Part shown: one piece after another, positions 26,879-35,530 of the stretch
Numbering within the stretch: the first letter of the stretch is position 1
How the letters are laid out: each line of letters opens with the position of its first letter
Source of the DNA: a bacterium
GTDB taxonomy: Bacteria > Planctomycetota > JAFGQW01
Direction of reading: 5' to 3'
DNA length: 64,000 bases
Assembly: GCA_030426805.1 (NCBI GenBank)
Contig: JAUHXU010000004.1
Span: 46,792-110,791 of the forward strand
The notes under the pieces: model-generated
Database searches by the model: none
What the model was told of the DNA's origin: nothing
Seen by the model: only the letters and a program-made list of their open reading frames with translations
Translations under genes and position numbers: made by a program

Positions 26879-29675
26879 CGCCTGCGTCGCGCTGCTTCTC
26901 GGCGCCGCGATGTGCGGCGCGGTGTCCGCTCAACCGACCGATCCGGTCGCGCAGCGACTCGGCACAATGACGCTCGACGAGAAGGTCGGGCAGTTGCTCG
27001 CGATCGCGTTCACCCCGCGCGACGGGGCGACGGCTGCCGGCTTCGACAAGCACGTCCGCGACGTCCGCGAACTCGGGATCGGCGGCGTCACGTTCTTCCG
27101 CGGATCGGTCGGGCCCGTGCGGGAGTGCCTCGCCGCGCTTTCCGCAGCCGCGAAGACGCCGCTCGCGGTCATGTCGGACGTCGAGTTCGGGCTGCCGATG
27201 CGCGTCAACGAGGGGACGCGGATGCCGCTCAACATGGCGCAGGGGGCGACCGGCGATCCGTCGCTCGCCTACCAGGCGGGACGGGTGACGGCGATCGAGG
27301 CGCGGGCGGTCGGCATCCACGTCGCGTTCGCGCCCGTCGTCGATGTGAACAACAACCCCGGCAACATCATCATCAACACGCGTTCCTACGGCGAGGATCC
27401 GGCCGCGGTCGGGCGCTTCGGGAGCGCGTTCATCCGCGGGCTGCAGGAGCACGGTGTGTTCGCGACCGCGAAGCACTACCCCGGTCACGGCGACACGTCG
27501 GTCGACTCGCACCTGTCGCTGCCGACGATCGACGCGTCTCGCGAGCGGCTGGAACGCGTCGAACTGGCGCCGTTCGCCGCGGCCGTCAAGGCGGGGGTGC
27601 GGTGCGTGATGGTCGGGCACATCACGTTCAGTCGCGTCCCGGAGATGAAGGGGCGGCCGGCGAGCCTCGACCCGCACTTCGTGGATCGGGTCTTGCGCGG
27701 GTCGATGGGCTTCGACGGCCTCGTGATCACGGACGCGATGAACATGGGCGGCATCACGGAGCACTACGGGCACGGCGAGGCCGCGGTGATGGCGATCGAG
27801 GCCGGCGTGGACGTCGTGCTGATGCCGGGTGACGTGCGTGCCGCGCACGCCGCGCTCGTCGCCGCGGTGAAGACCGGCCGACTCGCGAAGGCGCGGCTCG
27901 ACGCGTCGGTCGAGCGCATCCTGCGATTGAAGGCCGATGCGGGCCTGCTCGGGGGCGGCACGCGGCCGGCGCCGGGCGCGGTCGAGACCGTCCTGCGCGC
28001 GCCGGATCACGTCGCGGTCGCCGAGCGGATCGCCGATCGGGCGGTCACGCTCGTCGCCGACCGGCGCGGTGTCGTTCCGCTCGCCGCGGAGCGACTGCGC
28101 GACGTCGTCGTCGTCACGGTGACCGACGAGCGCCGCGGTCGAACCCGAGGCGGTGCGTTTCTCGCCGAAGTGCGTCGGCGGATCCCGGACGCGGCGGCGG
28201 AGCGGATCGACCCGACGACGTCCGCGAAGGCAGCGGCGGCGATCGTCTCGCGCGCGAAGAAGGCGGACGCGGTCGTCGTCGCGATCACCGTGAAATGGCG
28301 CGACCGCAAGGGGAGCATCGCGCTGCCGGACGAGACCGTCGAGCGACTCGCGCGCCTCCTTCGGATCAAGACGCCGCTCGTCGTCGTCGCGTTCGGGTCG
28401 CCGTACGTGCTCGGACAACTCCCCGCTGCACCGGCGGCGCTGTGCGTCTACGACCCGTCGACGCTCGCGGCCGGCGCGGCGGCGCGGGCGCTCTTCGGCG
28501 AGTGCGCGATCGGCGGGCGGCTGCCGGTCTCGATTCCCGGACGTTTCGCGCGCGGCGTCGGGCTCGACCGAGCCGCCCGTACGATGACACTCGAGCGGGC
28601 GCTCGACGACAAGCGGTTCCGGGCGGCGTGGTCGGTGCTCGAGGAGCGGATCGAGAAGAAGGTCTTCCCCGGCGCCCAGGTCGCGATCGTGCGCGATGGC
28701 GCGCTCGTCGCGAGCCGCGGCTTCGGCCGACTGACCTACGACGACAACGCGTCGAAGGTGACGACGGAGACGGTCTACGACGTCGCGTCGGTGACGAAGG
28801 TCGCTGCGACGACGACGGTCGCGATGGTGCTCGCCGATCGCGGGGCGCTCGACCTCGACAAGCCGGTCGTCGACTACCTGCCGTCGTTCAGCGGCGGCGG
28901 CAAGGAGGGCGTCACGGTGCGCCACCTGCTGACGCACACGTCGGGCTTGCCGGCGTGGGCGAAGCTGTGGAGCCACGGGGATCGCGCAGCGGCGTTGGCC
29001 TACATCGACGGCGTGACGCTCGCGTCACGGCCGGGGGCGAAGGCGAAGTACTCCGACCTCGGGATGATCACGCTCGGGCGCGTGCTCGAACGCGTCGGCA
29101 AGGCACCGCTCGACGAACTCGCGCGCGACCTCGTGTTTGCACCGCTCGGGATGACGCATACGACGTTCCGGCCGCCGGCCGCGTGGCGACCGCGGATCGC
29201 GCCGACCGAGGAGGGGGGCGACCTCGATCGCGGGCGCATTCTCGGCGACGTGCACGACGAGAACGCCCATTTCCTCGGCGGCGTCGCCGGGCACGCGGGA
29301 GTCTTCTCGACGGCCGAGGACCTCGCGGTCCTCGCGCAGGCCTACCTCGACGGCGGCATGCACCGCCATCATCGACTGTTCCGACCGGCGACCGTCGAGG
29401 CGTGGACGTCGCGACAGAACCTCGTCGTAGGCAGCAGTCGGGCCCTCGGTTGGGACACGCCGAGCGCGCGCGGCTCGCTCGCCGGCGACCGCTTCTCGAA
29501 GCAGAGCTTCGGCCACACCGGCTTCACCGGGACGTCGATCTGGGTCGACCGGGCGCGTCGCATCGCGATCGTCTTGCTGACGAACCGCGTGCACCCGACC
29601 CGCACCCGTGGCGGCATGCGGGAAGCGCGCCGGGCGTTTTACAACGCGGCGATGAAGGCGGCGATCGCCCGGTGA
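26859..29675 (+). CDS. fusion: GH3 beta-N-acetylhexosaminidase (NagZ-like, two-domain) + C-terminal beta-lactamase-family serine hydrolase
   Basis: Signal peptide present. GH3 motifs include KHYPGHGDTSVDSHL and the catalytic region VITDAMNMGGI. The C-terminal ~340 aa has SVTK (SxxK) and HLLTHTSGLP, matching class-C/PBP4*-like beta-lactamases. Confidence 0.8.
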   Translation: MRSIFRSACVALLLGAAMCGAVSAQPTDPVAQRLGTMTLDEKVGQLLAIAFTPRDGATAAGFDKHVRDVRELGIGGVTFFRGSVGPVRECLAALSAAAKTPLAVMSDVEFGLPMRVNEGTRMPLNMAQGATGDPSLAYQAGRVTAIEARAVGIHVAFAPVVDVNNNPGNIIINTRSYGEDPAAVGRFGSAFIRGLQEHGVFATAKHYPGHGDTSVDSHLSLPTIDASRERLERVELAPFAAAVKAGVRCVMVGHITFSRVPEMKGRPASLDPHFVDRVLRGSMGFDGLVITDAMNMGGITEHYGHGEAAVMAIEAGVDVVLMPGDVRAAHAALVAAVKTGRLAKARLDASVERILRLKADAGLLGGGTRPAPGAVETVLRAPDHVAVAERIADRAVTLVADRRGVVPLAAERLRDVVVVTVTDERRGRTRGGAFLAEVRRRIPDAAAERIDPTTSAKAAAAIVSRAKKADAVVVAITVKWRDRKGSIALPDETVERLARLLRIKTPLVVVAFGSPYVLGQLPAAPAALCVYDPSTLAAGAAARALFGECAIGGRLPVSIPGRFARGVGLDRAARTMTLERALDDKRFRAAWSVLEERIEKKVFPGAQVAIVRDGALVASRGFGRLTYDDNASKVTTETVYDVASVTKVAATTTVAMVLADRGALDLDKPVVDYLPSFSGGGKEGVTVRHLLTHTSGLPAWAKLWSHGDRAAALAYIDGVTLASRPGAKAKYSDLGMITLGRVLERVGKAPLDELARDLVFAPLGMTHTTFRPPAAWRPRIAPTEEGGDLDRGRILGDVHDENAHFLGGVAGHAGVFSTAEDLAVLAQAYLDGGMHRHHRLFRPATVEAWTSRQNLVVGSSRALGWDTPSARGSLAGDRFSKQSFGHTGFTGTSIWVDRARRIAIVLLTNRVHPTRTRGGMREARRAFYNAAMKAAIAR

Positions 29676-32422
29676 ACGGCTTCACGACCCTCGACGCGGT
29701 GATCGTCGTCGTCTACGCGCTCGCGAGCGCGGCGGCCGGCGCGTGGATCGGCCGTCGACAGACGTCGACGACGGACTACTTCCTCGGCGGACGGAGCCTC
29801 CCGTGGCCGGCGGTTGCGTTCAGCGTCGTCGCGACCGAGACGAGCGTGCTGACGTTCATCGGCGTGCCGGCGGTCGCGTACGGCGGGAACTGCACGTTCC
29901 TCCAACTCGCGATCGGCTACGCGATCGGACGGGTCGTCGTCGCATTCGTGCTGCTGCCGCGCTACTTCGCCGGCGACATGGAGACGGCGTACGAGTTCCT
30001 CGGCCAGCGGTTCGGGCTCGCGACGCGGCGCACCGCGAGCATCACGTTCATGGGGACGCGGTTGCTCGCCGACGGCGTGCGGTTGTTCGCGACGTCGATC
30101 CCGTTGGCGGTGATTCTGCGCGAGAGCGGCTGGCTCGACGGCGCGACGCCGGCGGCGGCCGACGTCGGCGCGATCATCGCGATCGGCGTCCTGACGATCG
30201 CCTACACCTACGTCGGCGGGATCCGCTCGGTCGTCTGGATGGACGTCGTGCAGATGGTGATCTACGTCGGGGGCGCGTTGCTGGCGGTCGGGCTGATCGC
30301 CGCGCGGTTGCCGGACGGGTTCGCGTCGGTCGTCGCGGCCGCCGACGCGAGCGACAAGCTCCGCGTGTTCGACTTCGGTAGCGGCCTGTCGATCGGGGAG
30401 TTCCTGGCGAAGCCGTATACGTTCCTGATCGCGGTACTCGGCGGGGCGGTGTTCAGCGTCGCGTCGCACGGCACCGACCAGCTCATCGTGCAGCGGATTC
30501 TGACGTGCCGATCGACTCGCGCCGGACAGCTCGCGATGATCGCGAGCGGGGTCGCGGTATTCGTGCAGTTCGCGTTGTTCCTGTGGCTCGGCGCGATGCT
30601 GTTCGCGTTCTACGGCGGCGCGTCGCACGAGGCGCTGGGGCTCTCGAGGCCTGACGGCATCTTCCCGAAGTTCATCGTCACCGAGATGCCGACCGGCCTT
30701 TCGGGGCTCGTCGTCGCGGCGTTGTTCGCGGCCGCGATGAGCACGCTCTCGAGCAGCTTGTCGAGCTTGTCGAGCGCGACGGTGCTCGACATCTACCGTC
30801 CGTTGGCGAAGCGACCGCCGACCGACGCCGCATTGCTGCGATTGTCCCGGCTCGTGACGCTCGGTTGGGGCGTCGCACTCGTCGGGGTCGCCACCGCATT
30901 CATCGGAGGGACGGAGTCCGTGGTCCACATCGCTCTGACGATCGCCGCGTACACGTACGGCGCACTGCTCGGCGTCTTCCTGCTCGGGCTCGTCGTGCCG
31001 CGCGCGACGCAGCGCGACGCGATCGTCGGGTTTTTCGCCGCGCTCGTCGTGACGATCGTGCTGAAGGAGCAGTGGTCGATCGCCTGGCCGCTCTACACGG
31101 TGGCGGGCAGCGCGGTCGCGGTGCTCGTCGGCGGGGCGATGCGCACCGCGTGGCCGCGTGCGGCGGCGCTGGTCGCGCTCGGCGCGCTCGGCGTCGGATG
31201 CGCGGCGAACGAACCTTCGCCGGTGCGCCGGCCGACCCCGCCGCCGACTCCGGTGTCGCCGATCGTCGCGTGCGGCCTCGACGTGCTCGTCGCGGACGGC
31301 TTCGCGCCGCTCGTCGGCAAGCGCGTCGGCGTGATCACGAACCACACCGGTCGGACCCGCGACGGCCGTCACATCGCCGACGTGCTGCACGCGGCGCCGT
31401 CGGTCGAATTGGTCGCGCTGTTCGGGCCGGAGCACGGCGTTCGCGGCGCGGCGGCCGCCGGCGAGCGCGTCGCGTCGTCGACCGACCCGGCGACCGGGGT
31501 GCCGGCGTACAGCCTCTACGGCAAGACGAAGAAGCCGACCGCGGCGATGCTCGACGGCATCGACGTCCTCGTGTTCGACGTGCAGGACGTGGGCGCCCGC
31601 TTCTACACCTACATCTACACGATGGCCTACGCGATGGACGCGTGCGCCGAGCACGGCAAGGCGTTCGTCGTGCTCGACCGACCCAATCCGATCGGCGACG
31701 CGGTCGAGGGGCCGTTGCTCGACCCGGCGCACGCGAGCTTCGTCGGCCTCTTCGCGCTGCCGATTCGGCACGGGTTGACGGTCGGCGAGCTGGCGCGCCT
31801 GTTCGTCCGGCGGGGTTGGGTCGCGAAAGGGGCGTCGCTCGACCTGCACGTCGTCCCGGTCCGCGGCTGGTCGCCCGGAACCTGGTACGACGAGACGGGG
31901 CTCGAGTGGGTCGCGCCGTCGCCGAACATGCGGACGCTCGCGACGGCGACCGTCTACCCCGGCACGTGCCTCGTCGAGGGGACGAACCTGTCCGAGGGGC
32001 GCGGCACCGCGCGACCGTTCGAGTGGATCGGTGCCCCGTGGGTGGACGGTCCGCGACTCGCCCGCGATCTGAACGCGCTCGGCCTCCCCGGCGTTCGGTT
32101 CGATCCGATCGCGTTCACGCCCCAGCCGATGCCGTCCGCGCCGCGACCGAAGCACGGCGGCGCGCGCTGCGAGGGCGTCGCGGTCGTCGTGACCGATCGA
32201 CGCGCGTTTCACGCGGTTCGCTGCGGCGTCGCGCTCATCACGACGGTGGCCCGGAATCATCCCGACGCGTTCGGGTGGCGCCGATCGATCGAGCGGCTCT
32301 TCGGCTCCGATCGCCTTCGGCGGTGGGTCGCCGACGGAGCGCTCGACGACGCGTTCGCGACGATCGATCGCGAGACCGCCGCGGCACGCGACCTCGTCGA
32401 TTCGGTGCGGATGTATCGCTGA
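29672..32422 (+). CDS. single-ORF fusion: sodium:solute symporter (SSS family, 13 TM) + extra TM + DUF1343 (NamZ-type exo-beta-N-acetylmuramidase) domain
   Basis: SSS motifs ETSVLTFIGVPAVAYGG and SHGTDQLIVQRILT. A hydrophobic linker with a lipobox-like stretch reads MRTAWPRAAALVALGALGVGCAANE. The DUF1343 core reads SLYGKTKKPT..VFDVQDVGARFYTYIYTMAYAMD..VVLDRPNP..RHGLTVGELA..WVAPSPNM. No stop codon separates the two parts. GTGA overlap with the upstream gene. Confidence 0.75.
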   Translation: MNGFTTLDAVIVVVYALASAAAGAWIGRRQTSTTDYFLGGRSLPWPAVAFSVVATETSVLTFIGVPAVAYGGNCTFLQLAIGYAIGRVVVAFVLLPRYFAGDMETAYEFLGQRFGLATRRTASITFMGTRLLADGVRLFATSIPLAVILRESGWLDGATPAAADVGAIIAIGVLTIAYTYVGGIRSVVWMDVVQMVIYVGGALLAVGLIAARLPDGFASVVAAADASDKLRVFDFGSGLSIGEFLAKPYTFLIAVLGGAVFSVASHGTDQLIVQRILTCRSTRAGQLAMIASGVAVFVQFALFLWLGAMLFAFYGGASHEALGLSRPDGIFPKFIVTEMPTGLSGLVVAALFAAAMSTLSSSLSSLSSATVLDIYRPLAKRPPTDAALLRLSRLVTLGWGVALVGVATAFIGGTESVVHIALTIAAYTYGALLGVFLLGLVVPRATQRDAIVGFFAALVVTIVLKEQWSIAWPLYTVAGSAVAVLVGGAMRTAWPRAAALVALGALGVGCAANEPSPVRRPTPPPTPVSPIVACGLDVLVADGFAPLVGKRVGVITNHTGRTRDGRHIADVLHAAPSVELVALFGPEHGVRGAAAAGERVASSTDPATGVPAYSLYGKTKKPTAAMLDGIDVLVFDVQDVGARFYTYIYTMAYAMDACAEHGKAFVVLDRPNPIGDAVEGPLLDPAHASFVGLFALPIRHGLTVGELARLFVRRGWVAKGASLDLHVVPVRGWSPGTWYDETGLEWVAPSPNMRTLATATVYPGTCLVEGTNLSEGRGTARPFEWIGAPWVDGPRLARDLNALGLPGVRFDPIAFTPQPMPSAPRPKHGGARCEGVAVVVTDRRAFHAVRCGVALITTVARNHPDAFGWRRSIERLFGSDRLRRWVADGALDDAFATIDRETAAARDLVDSVRMYR

Positions 32423-32509
32423 TCGCCCGCCGGGGGAGCCGCCGCGGCTTCCATGGTAGACTGGCGGCGATGGCCCGGCCGGGCCCAGGGGTGACTTGAA
32501 GGAGTTTCG

Positions 32510-35467
32510 ATGTTCGATCGGTTTCGCGTACTCGTCGCGGTCCTGCTCCTGTCGACGGGGTCTTCGATCGCGACCGTCGCGCAAGGGCGAGCCCTGTTCG
32601 TGCGACACGGAAACCTCGTCCCGTCGTCGACCGCGTCGAACGACGCATCGTCGCTGATGCGCACGCTGCTCGCCGGGCCGAGCGGGAGCGAGCGACGGGC
32701 CGGGGTCACGACCGCGATCGCGCCCGGCACACGGCTGCTCGGGATCGCGACGGACGGCGGCCGCGTCGTCGTCGACGTGTCGGCGAGTTTCACGACGTCC
32801 GCGGACGCCGAACTGGCACTCGAGCAAATCGTGAAGTCGCTCGCGTCGCTCGGCTACGCCCAGTTCTCGGTCCGCACGCCGGATCCGGCGGCACCGAAAG
32901 CGTGGCTCGAAGTCGGCGCCGCGCCGCCGTCGACGACGCCGATCCTCGACTTGCCGCCGCCGCCGGTGCTGCCGAGCAAGGTCACCGGGGTCCTCACCGG
33001 CAAGACGATCGCGGTGTCGCCCGGCCACGGCTACTACTGGCACTCGTCGCTCGGCTGGACGACACAGCGCGGCAACATCGGCGGGCTGACCGAGGACATC
33101 CACACGAACGAGATCGCGATGGAGTGGGTGATCCCGTATCTCGAAAACGCCGGGGCGCGGGTGATCTCGTGCCGCGATCGCACGCGGAACACGAACGAGC
33201 ACATCGTCGACAACGACGGCGGCCCGGGCTACGTCGAGACCGGGAGCTGGGGACTCGGCGGCGGCGCCGGGTTCAACAGCGCGACCTACCGGTTCGCGAC
33301 GACGGCGGCGGCCGAGACGGCCCGTGCGACGTTCACGACGACCGTCGCCGCAGCCGGCGCCTACCCGGTGTGGATCGGTTACAAGGCGGGCACGAACCGC
33401 GCGACCGATGCGCGTGTTCTCGTCGAACACGCCGGTGGCACGTCGGAGGTGAAGATCGATCAGACCGCCGACGATCTGCGGCTTCGCTATCTCGGGACGT
33501 TCTGGTTCGATCCGGCGACGCCGGCGCGCGTGCACGTCTCGAACCAGTCGTCGCAGGTCGGTCGGGTCGTGATCGCCGATCACGTGCGCATCGGCGGCGG
33601 GCTCGGCTCGATCGCGCGGGGCGGCACGAGCAATCGCCCGCGCTGGCAGGAGGCGTCGCGCTACTGGACGCAGTTCGCGGGGGCGCCGTCGTCGGTCTGG
33701 AACTCGGTCAGCAGTGGCGAGGACAACTCCGACGACGTCACCGCCCGACCACGCTACGCGGAGTGGCGCGGGGCGAACGCGTTCGTGTCGATTCACACGA
33801 ATGCCGGCGGCGGCACCGGCACGTCGTCGTTCATCCACAATACGTCGCCGTCGGCCGGGTCGAGCGCGCTTCAGAACGCCGTGCACACGCAGCTGATCAG
33901 CGACATTCGCTCGCTCTACGACCCGGCGTGGACGGACCGCGGGAAGAAGACCGCGAACTTCGGCGAAGTGCGTGTCCTGAGCACGATGCCGGGCGTGCTG
34001 CTCGAGCTCGCGTTCCACGACGACCCGAACAAGAAGGACCACGTCTTCCTGCACGACCCGAACTTTCGGCAGGTGTGCGGACGGGCGATCGCCCGAGGCG
34101 TGATCCGTTACTTCAACCAGACCGCACCGTTTCCGCCGGAGCCACCGACGCGCGTCCGCGTGACCCAGGACGGCAACGGCGGGCTGCGCGTCAGTTGGGA
34201 CGCGGCGGCCGCGGCGAGCGGCTACGTCGTCGAAGAGAGCACCGACGGACTGAGCTTCTCGGGCGTCGGCATGACCGTGACCGGCACGACCTGGACGACG
34301 ACGCCGCTGCCGCACGGAGCGCTGCGCGGCTACCGCGTGCGCGCGACCAACGCCTCCGGTCAATCGCTGCCGACCGAGGTCGTCGTCGGCCGAACCGGGC
34401 CGACCGGCCGCGCCGACGTGCTGCTCGTCCAGGGATTCGACCGCCTCGAGAAGAACGTCAAGGAGCCCGACAACCGGCGCAACTACCTCGCTCGGTTCCT
34501 CGACGCGATCGGCCGCATCGCGGACTACTCGGTCGCGATCGATTCCGCGTCGAACGAGGCGCTCGCGACGAATCGCGTGCCGATCCAGAACTACCGCGCG
34601 GTCGTGTTCGCGCTGGGAGAGGAGTCCACGGCCGACGAGACGTTCTCGCTCACCGAGCAGAATCTCGTGCGCGCGTATCTGCAGATCGGGGGGCGCGTGT
34701 TCGTCAGCGGCGCGGAGATCGCGTGGGACCTCGACCAGCAGGGGAGCGCGACCGACCGCGCGTTCTACCGGACGTGGCTCGCGGCGAGCTACGTCAACGA
34801 CGACGCAAACGTCTATCGCGCCGGCCCCGCAGCCGGGTCCGCGTTCGCCGGGCTGCCCGACTTGACGTTCGACAACGGCACGGCGGGGACCTACGACGTC
34901 AACTACCCCGACTCGCTCGCGCCGAGCGGCACCGGGGCGAAGAACTCGCTGCTCTACCGCGGAACGTCGTTCGTCGCGGCGACCGAGCAGGTCAACGGCA
35001 ACGCGCGTGTGCTGAACTGGGGCTTTCCGTTCGAGACGATCACCGATCGCGCACTCGCCGGCCGCTACATGGACCGCGCGATCGACTTCCTGCTGCAACC
35101 GCGCGCGCTCGATGTCGTGCGTACCGCGACGCCGGGCGGCACGGTGCCGATCACGATCGAGCGACCGGCTCACGCGAGCGCCCAGTACGTGCTCGCCGCG
35201 AGCTTCTCGACCCAGCCCGGCATTCCGGTCGGCGGCGGTCGGACGGTGCCGCTCGTGCTCGACCCGCTCTTCGCGACGTCGTTCGGGTCCAGCGCCGGCG
35301 TCTTCCAGGGCTTCGTCGGTACCCTCGACGGATCCGGCCGTGCGAACGCACAGGTCAACTTGCCGAACCTGCCGATCCAGGGCCTGCGCTTCTACGTGAG
35401 CGGCGTCGTGTTGACCGGGCCGACGATCGTCGACGTCCTGCCGTGGCGGCGCGTCACGGTGCAGTGA
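32510..35467 (+). CDS. large secreted multi-domain protein: GerMN-like domain + N-acetylmuramoyl-L-alanine amidase (Amidase_3) + FN3-like + C-terminal beta-rich domain
   Basis: Signal peptide present. GerMN-like segment reads LLAGPSGSERRAGVTTAIAPGTRLLGIATDGGRVVVDVS. Amidase_3 motifs are VSPGHGY, VSIHTNAGGG and ELAFHDD. An FN3-like stretch follows (RVSWDAAAAASGYVVEES). Confidence 0.7.
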   Translation: MFDRFRVLVAVLLLSTGSSIATVAQGRALFVRHGNLVPSSTASNDASSLMRTLLAGPSGSERRAGVTTAIAPGTRLLGIATDGGRVVVDVSASFTTSADAELALEQIVKSLASLGYAQFSVRTPDPAAPKAWLEVGAAPPSTTPILDLPPPPVLPSKVTGVLTGKTIAVSPGHGYYWHSSLGWTTQRGNIGGLTEDIHTNEIAMEWVIPYLENAGARVISCRDRTRNTNEHIVDNDGGPGYVETGSWGLGGGAGFNSATYRFATTAAAETARATFTTTVAAAGAYPVWIGYKAGTNRATDARVLVEHAGGTSEVKIDQTADDLRLRYLGTFWFDPATPARVHVSNQSSQVGRVVIADHVRIGGGLGSIARGGTSNRPRWQEASRYWTQFAGAPSSVWNSVSSGEDNSDDVTARPRYAEWRGANAFVSIHTNAGGGTGTSSFIHNTSPSAGSSALQNAVHTQLISDIRSLYDPAWTDRGKKTANFGEVRVLSTMPGVLLELAFHDDPNKKDHVFLHDPNFRQVCGRAIARGVIRYFNQTAPFPPEPPTRVRVTQDGNGGLRVSWDAAAAASGYVVEESTDGLSFSGVGMTVTGTTWTTTPLPHGALRGYRVRATNASGQSLPTEVVVGRTGPTGRADVLLVQGFDRLEKNVKEPDNRRNYLARFLDAIGRIADYSVAIDSASNEALATNRVPIQNYRAVVFALGEESTADETFSLTEQNLVRAYLQIGGRVFVSGAEIAWDLDQQGSATDRAFYRTWLAASYVNDDANVYRAGPAAGSAFAGLPDLTFDNGTAGTYDVNYPDSLAPSGTGAKNSLLYRGTSFVAATEQVNGNARVLNWGFPFETITDRALAGRYMDRAIDFLLQPRALDVVRTATPGGTVPITIERPAHASAQYVLAASFSTQPGIPVGGGRTVPLVLDPLFATSFGSSAGVFQGFVGTLDGSGRANAQVNLPNLPIQGLRFYVSGVVLTGPTIVDVLPWRRVTVQ

Positions 35468-35530
35468 GCCAGGGGGCAGTGAGCCAGGGGGCAACGAGCC
35501 ACGCGCGGCGCGCGTGGCTCGCGCGAACGC

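Noticed and set aside
29639-35494. 1951-aa minus-strand ORF spanning three plus-strand genes
   Set aside because: It is antisense to the well-supported symporter-NamZ and amidase genes. Its composition is extremely R/D/G/H-rich with no motifs, typical of a spurious frame in 70% GC DNA.
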